Positions 21,369 to 27,251 of a stretch of DNA of 27,251 nucleotides are shown piece after piece (position 1 is the stretch's first letter; the number at the start of each line of letters is the position of its first letter). Source of the stretch: Octopus sinensis (lineage: Eukaryota); NCBI RefSeq assembly GCF_006345805.1, contig NW_021834068.1, positions 1 to 27,251 of the forward strand. The letters run 5' to 3'. A program made the position numbers and the translations under genes. The notes under the pieces were generated by a model that did not search any database, had not been told where the DNA came from, and saw only the letters and a list, made by a program, of their open reading frames with translations.

Positions 21369-23692
21369 TACCATTTATTGAAAACACGACTGTGTTCATG
21401 ATTTTTTATTTGAGTATGTGCTCTCTATCTGGAGTAGTGAGCCTCCCAAATTCATCGAGAAATATGATTACAAATTAGAGAATTGAACTGATCTTGACAA
21501 ACTCTATGGATCTCATACGAAAAAATATATAAAAATTATCTTGATAAAAATGTTTTTAACCATCGTTGTGATATATAATTGAATTCACTTGGAGAAATCT
21601 CCCTTTAGTCTCTCTATATGTCAGTACATTTAGTCCTATATAAACATTTAGACGCAAATCTCGATTGAACAAAATCAAGTAAAACACAGGAGGGATAAGT
21701 TTTCACAAAGGTGTTATTAGTTTCACACTTGTAAGAAAAAGGAAAAGGAAAAGTGTCTTTGACGTTTCCGGCAAACGGCTGGAGGCTGAGTGGGAATGCA
21801 GCTCTTTGGGGAGCAGTTAAGAATTGAGGAAGATGCGAGGAGTTGTGTGTATATAAATGAGAGTATCTTTGTAAGGAGACGAGCATAGGAGGGCGTAAGT
21901 GGTGTGGGAAGCAGGTGACTGATTGGGAATGAATGGGGTGGAGTGGAGTAAGCTGTGAATGCGTTAAAATTAAGAGGGAGACGTGGAAGTAGGAGAAATG
22001 AGGGGATGAAGAATAGAGAGAAAGGTATAGTTAGACAGGTAGATGCAGAGTTACAAAATGGATAAAGGTGGTAAAAGAATTTGTGGAAAAGTAAATAGGT
22101 AAAAAAGCAATTGAGTGGGAAAGAGTTGGTAGGAAGGCAGAGAGAAGGAGAACAAATGGTTAGTAAAGATATATAAAGCACGTGATTATTGAAAAAGGGA
22201 GACATGATTACGAGAAGAATATAAACAAAGGATCGTACAGAAAAAATGTATTCTAAGTACAGAGAAATAGAAAAAAATTGTGAGTAAAGAAAATATGGAA
22301 TGGGAGGGATTATTTTGAAAGGCGGCGAGGATTGAAAGGGAAAGATTAAAAAATAATTCTGTAAAGACTACCGAGAACTTGCAGCAAGAAATTACTGCAA
22401 CGCATACACACACACACACATACAAGAACACGAATATCTATATTGCCATCCTGAAGCTCGATGAACTTATGTTATTGTGCAGAACTAAATATACTATTTG
22501 ACACAACATATTTCTGATGACAAAGAACTATTTTAATTCGGTATAACTGCTCTCTCCAAAGAATTGCATGATTTTGCAGAAGAAATAAGAGAATTTCCAA
22601 ATGGTCTACATTTACCATTTTGACGTTTTAATTTTAAATATATAACCATATATTCGAGAGAAAAAAATCTTATATAATCACCATGAAAAATTGTAGGATA
22701 AAAAATGTGCTTAGTATTGCAATTTTACCTCACAACACTGCAATGAAATGTATCAGAAACTACACCAGTTATATTTTTAAAGTTGAATAATAATGCTTAA
22801 TAGTTTGTGTTTCTTTAAAGAATTTCCCATTTATTTTGTTCAAAAAGAAACAACAAAAAATCTTTATTGTATTAGATTTAAATATTTTTCTTTAATTTTA
22901 TTTGAAACGGAAAATATTTCATTAATTTATATTTTTTGTATTTTTTAAAAATTTTTGACGCATTTATAATTCTGAGAAATTATTAAAAATTAAAATATAT
23001 TGCGAAAGCTTGTTGGTATAACTTCGTCTTTTTCTTATGATTTCGTTTACTAAAGTAAAAGATGGAAAATGTTATTTAAATACCGGTGTTGCAAAATATC
23101 TTATATTAAATGCCAGTATAGAAAATCTCAGTATTTCAACACCTCCAATTCATTCATATACAAGTTTTGTCTAATGGCCAAGCAAAAGAAAGACACCTTC
23201 ACCATCACACACACACATTCAGACAGGCATGCGCGCACGCACACACACAAACACAAACACACACAGAGACACATAGTGTATGTGTTTATTTAGAAGGGTT
23301 GACCATGAAGCGAACATCTAATGTAGAGAACGAAGTTATGCGGTGCAGAAGGGTAAAATACAAGAAGATAAAATAAATGAAGTGAGTTTTTTTATGATAT
23401 ATTTTATATAATCCGGTTTTACTTCAGAAGCATTTACTACATCAAAAATTATTGAAACCCAGCTTCCCTGGGTCCATGGTTTGTGAAGGAGAATTACATG
23501 ACTCTAGAGTACCAGATGTGTTTTCAAAGTAAAAGAATATAGTGAAACTGCGAAAAACAGAGTAACAGAGCACAGTCCTTACCAGGTGCTATTCAGAATA
23601 ATGAATTAGGTTTCTTCGAGCTTGATAAAATATCAAAGATAAATTTTATCAGATGTTCTATCGACAGAAATTGTAACATTAACTTCAAAGTA

Positions 23693-24253
23693 TTGGGTTG
23701 TACGGAAAGTTAGTGCCGATTTTTACAAGAAAGAAAAAAGGTTAATAAATACTTACCATTACATTTTTGATCAACCAAATATGAACCATTTTTTTGCACA
23801 ATGCGTCTCCATCTTTCCTTTAACTTGAAAATACCCTCTTCCCAGAATTGAGGTGGTTTCATGGCAAAAAATTCATAAAGGTATCTTTTTACGTCAACCA
23901 AGGATTTGAAATTTTTACCATTAAGACTATTCTGCAGAGACCTGAATAAGTAGAAATCCGGAGGAGCAATATCTGGTGAATATGGAGGGTGGGGTAACAC
24001 ATCCCAGCCGAGCTGCAGCAATTTTTGTGTGGTTCCCAAAGCATCAAGTGCCGAAAATGAACTTTCTTATCTTCCATTTTAAAGGGTTACAGAATTAACA
24101 CAGGTTATAGGAACATGAATCTTCTTCCACGAAAAGATAGCTTAAACTGTGCTCTAAATGGAGTCAAATCCTATTTTATGGACTCAACCATGTTCTAAAA
24201 TAAGTCGAAAAGTAAGCTACTATAAATCGGCACGAACTTTCCGGACAACCTAA
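23693..24253 (-). mobile_element. Internally deleted mariner transposon (561 bp), mellifera-subfamily-like
   Basis: 30-bp TIRs TTGGGTTGTACGGAAAGTTAGTGCCGATTT (23693-23722) and AAATCGGCACGAACTTTCCGGACAACCTAA (24224-24253), 27/30 complementary. TA TSD at 23691-23692 and 24254-24255. Transposase N- and C-terminal remnants inside. Confidence 0.96.
23710..24077 (-). pseudogene. Mariner transposase remnant: N-terminal 15 codons fused out of frame to the C-terminal ~95 codons
   Basis: ATG at 24077, MEDKKVHFRHLMLWE; then TTQKLLQLGWDVLPHPPYSPDIAPPDFYLFRSLQNSLNGKNF...ERWRRIVQKNG, containing the YSPDxAPxD motif with the third catalytic Asp. HTH domains and the first two catalytic Asp residues are missing. 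Confidence 0.93.
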
Positions 24254-24508
24254 TATTTTCAAAATATTAAGGGGCTATTTGTTATCACAGAAATGCAATC
24301 AACGAGTGAATGAAGAATTAAGAAATGTTGGGAAGAAATTTGGAAAAGTTTGGGGTTCATATGATTGTCTATTTCTGAAGAAGAAAGAAATTTTTTACTT
24401 TTGGTTATGACTAAATTCGAAAACAACCAAAAATTTCTACTGTTGTCAGTTTTAAAGCAAAACAGTCTCAAACCTTATGAGTTTCATAGCGCTGATATCG
24501 ACATATGT

Positions 24509-24790
24509 GGAGGCGCAATGACCCAGTGGTTAGGGCAGCGGACTCGCGGTCGGAGGATCGCGGTTTCGATTCTCAGACCGGGCGTTGCGTGTGTTTATTG
24601 AGCGAAAACACCTAAAGCTCCACGAGACTCCGGCAGGGGCTGGTGACGACTTCTATTGTACTCTTTCGCCCTAACTTTCTCTCGCTCTTTCTTCCTGTTT
24701 CTTGAGTAACGCTGCGATGGACTGGCGTCTCGTCCAGCTGGGGGGAACACATATGCATAGAAACCGGGCCCTTGAGCCTGGCTAGGCTTT
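24509..24790 (+). mobile_element. Family D tRNA(Arg)-like SINE with tail T2
   Basis: GGAGGCGCAATGACCCAGTGGTTAGGGCAGCGGACTCGCGGTCGG...; colinear with the 5300 copy up to CTGTTTCTTG (24704), then AGTAACGCTGCGATGGACTGGCGTC...GAAACCGGGCCC..GAGCCTGGCTAGGCTTT. Confidence 0.88.
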
Positions 24791-25308
24791 ATGAAAAAAT
24801 AGTGAATTGAGAAAATGCTTCTGAAATGTGCTCAGACATTCAGACACATGAAACTAAGAAACTTCTCAGTTTATTTTTTCTGAATGCAGAAATTGTTTTA
24901 CCAAACTTAAGAGTAGACATTTCAGGTAATGCTCACTATTGTCAATTCAATTGGTTGCTGTGCGTGAGCTGTCAGCTAGTTGCAGTTTTAGTATTATGAA
25001 ATTATTTGAAGGCTTCAGTGAGGTAAGAAAGACTCGGAAAATCATCTTTACTCAGCACTCAAATAAAGAAAACTAAATATGAATTATTATTTTGAAGTAT
25101 TATTTTTGAATACTAGAATTAGCTAGAATTTAAATTCAAGAATACTTATTTGATAGACATCTTTTTTTTCTCCCTCTGGGGTCGATAAACTCCAGTTAGT
25201 CCCTGAGTCTGGTTTAGCTCAAGAGTTTCTTTCGTGTTTAAATCGCCAAAGCTCACGTCTACAGCTTTCGTGATGTCTATGACATTTCTTTTACCAAACT
25301 ATTTTTTT

Positions 25309-25733
25309 TCTTCTTTTTTTGTCTTTACTATCCACAAGGGGCTAAACACAGAGAAGACAAACAAGGAGAGACAAACGGATTAAGGCGATTATATCGACCC
25401 CAGTGCTTAACTGGTACTTATTTAATCGACCTCGAAAGGATGAAAGGCAAAGTCGAACTCGGCAGAATTTGAACTCAGAACGTAACCGCAGACGAAATAC
25501 CTATTTCTTTATTACCCACAAGGGGCTAAACATGGAGGGGACAAACAAGGACAGACATAGGTATTAAGTCGATTACATCGACCCAGTGCGTAACTGGTAC
25601 TTATTTTATCGACTCCGAAAGGATGAAAGGCAAAGTCGACCTCGGCGGAATTTGAACTCACAACGTAGCCGCAGGCGAAATACCGCTAAGCATTTCGCCC
25701 GGCGTGCTAACGTTTCTGCCAGCTCGCCGCCTT
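25309..25733 (-). mobile_element. Family C SINE, dimeric form, with ~17-bp TSD
   Basis: Head at 25733 (GCCGCCTT), unit junction at ~25501, T-rich tail. Flanks TACCAAACTATTTTTTT (25292-25308) and TACCAGACTATTTTTTT (25734-25750), one mismatch. Confidence 0.92.
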
Positions 25734-26319
25734 TACCAGACTATTTTTTTATAGTTGCAGGTATACTTATACTCGGAGAATATGTAATTTTGCGAATATA
25801 TATGTTTGTCGAACAATATTACTGATATTGATTTATAGTACTCCGCACACTTTTTAAGACAACGCAGTTAGTAAACTGCATTCTGCGTAAGATAAAAATA
25901 TACTAATTCGACTATCTATATACTCTACCTAATTTGTCATTTACGAAATACAATATAGTTAAAAAATAATCAGTTTATATTCAGAATAATTATTGATCGT
26001 CTGATTTTTAATTAAGCAACGAATGTAACATCATAATGAGCTTCTATAAAACTTTATATCAATGTAATATATATTCATATTTTTTGTATATATGCTTCAT
26101 ATCTAAAATGTATGTTTGTTTGGGGGATAAGGGAGAGAGGTAGAACCGCTCATAGTTGTAGTATTTGCGTAGCTACGTCTCTTTATGCTCACAGTTCAAA
26201 TGGCAGGTTTTATTTAGCATTTCGTAATTTAATTATTCAATGAAATTAATACCTGCCGTATACTACGGTCAGTTACGTTATCTATATTGCCTTCATTGTA
26301 GATTTGTTTGAGTCAAAGC

Positions 26320-26770
26320 CAAAATATATATACACATAAATATATATACACAGATATATATACATATTATAAATATATATACACATATATATATACATAT
26401 ATATAAATATATATACACATATATATATATACATATAGATATATCTGTATATACTACATAAATACAGACATATATACATAGATATACATATATATACATA
26501 TATATAATACATATATACATATATATATATATACATATATATACATATATATATATATACTATATACATACATACTACATATATACTATATATATATATA
26601 TATATTATATACATATATAAATATATATACATATATACATACATATATACATACATATATATCACATATACATACATACATATATATATATATACATATA
26701 TATACATATAGACATACATATATACATACATTTATACATACATACATACACACACATAATATATATACAC
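26320..26770. repeat. Long degenerate (TA)n/(TACA)n tract
   Basis: Direct reading. Confidence 0.93.
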
Positions 26771-26771
26771 A

Positions 26772-27010
26772 CGGGACATCCCATAAATAACGCGGTTTTT
26801 TTCAATTGCATGAGCTAAAAGGTTGGAGGAGGATGGGTTAAACTACCCGCACCAACTTGCTATAAAAGCAAGGACCATTCTGTTTTGAGTTTCAGAAACA
26901 TTGCGTCCATTATCAAACTTAAACACACACGTGTTTCTTATTTCCTGCAGGTTGAACTACGAGGTAAAAGTTTTCCCCTTGAGTGTTCTTAATAAGGAGA
27001 AAACTCATAC
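26772..27010 (+). mobile_element. Probable 5' end (TIR and 5' UTR) of a Tc1/mariner-type DNA transposon, truncated
   Basis: CGGGACATCCCATAAATAACGCGGTTTTTTT resembles Tc1/mariner TIRs and abuts a TA-rich tract. No partner TIR or transposase is visible in the window, so the call rests on recognition. Confidence 0.4.
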
Positions 27011-27251
27011 GATAATGAAGCACAACTTCCAGACTCTATTACATGCGTTTTGACACTAATTATTAACAGAATAATACGTTTCATATTACTTGAAAAATTG
27101 CATGAATTAATTAGAATTAAACGTTTTAGCTAAAGAAAAATGAAAGCGTATTAGGTACCTTTTACATTTTGATTTGATGTTATTTAGAGATAAATGAAGA
27201 ATAATTAATATTTTTATAACCGAGATATATATTACTCAATGATATTGCATG

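Noticed and set aside
24365-24601. 78-aa ORF running into the family D SINE
   Set aside because: Its C-terminal part is SINE head sequence, and the unique part has no recognisable similarity.
26140-26280. Faint similarity to a family C SINE
   Set aside because: Too degenerate to align confidently by eye, so not listed as a feature.
62-26731. Dozens of ORFs rich in [12 protein letters not shown] or LSIY
   Set aside because: They are translations of (TA)n, (TG)n, (CA)n and (TCTA)n tracts that lack stop codons; no protein signal.

Overview
AT-rich, microsatellite-saturated eukaryotic non-coding DNA (intronic or intergenic). The repeat content looks like a coleoid cephalopod, most likely Octopus; this is an inference from recognising the SINE and transposon types, not a database result. 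I find no intact host protein-coding gene, rRNA, true tRNA or CRISPR array. Almost all listed ORFs are (TA)n/(CA)n translation artefacts. The window holds about 20 copies or fragments of tRNA-derived SINEs from at least four structural families, labelled A-D here as working names. It also holds an internally deleted mellifera-like mariner with both TIRs and a TA target duplication (23693-24253), a ~1 kb non-autonomous Helitron not shown by the ORF track (~10205-11235), the 3' end of an R4/Dong-type restriction-like-endonuclease LINE (~14370-15061), a probable Penelope-like remnant with a degenerate hammerhead-like core (~2330-2945), and a probable 5' end of a second Tc1/mariner (~26772-27010). 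The most notable patterns are these. (i) Family A SINEs carry an internal (TA)/(TG) microsatellite, insert at TA-rich sites, and so nest into each other and form closely spaced inverted pairs, which would be dsRNA/ADAR substrates if transcribed. (ii) A dimeric family C SINE moved as one unit and has unit-specific diagnostic variants. (iii) Head, body and tail modules are shuffled among SINEs.
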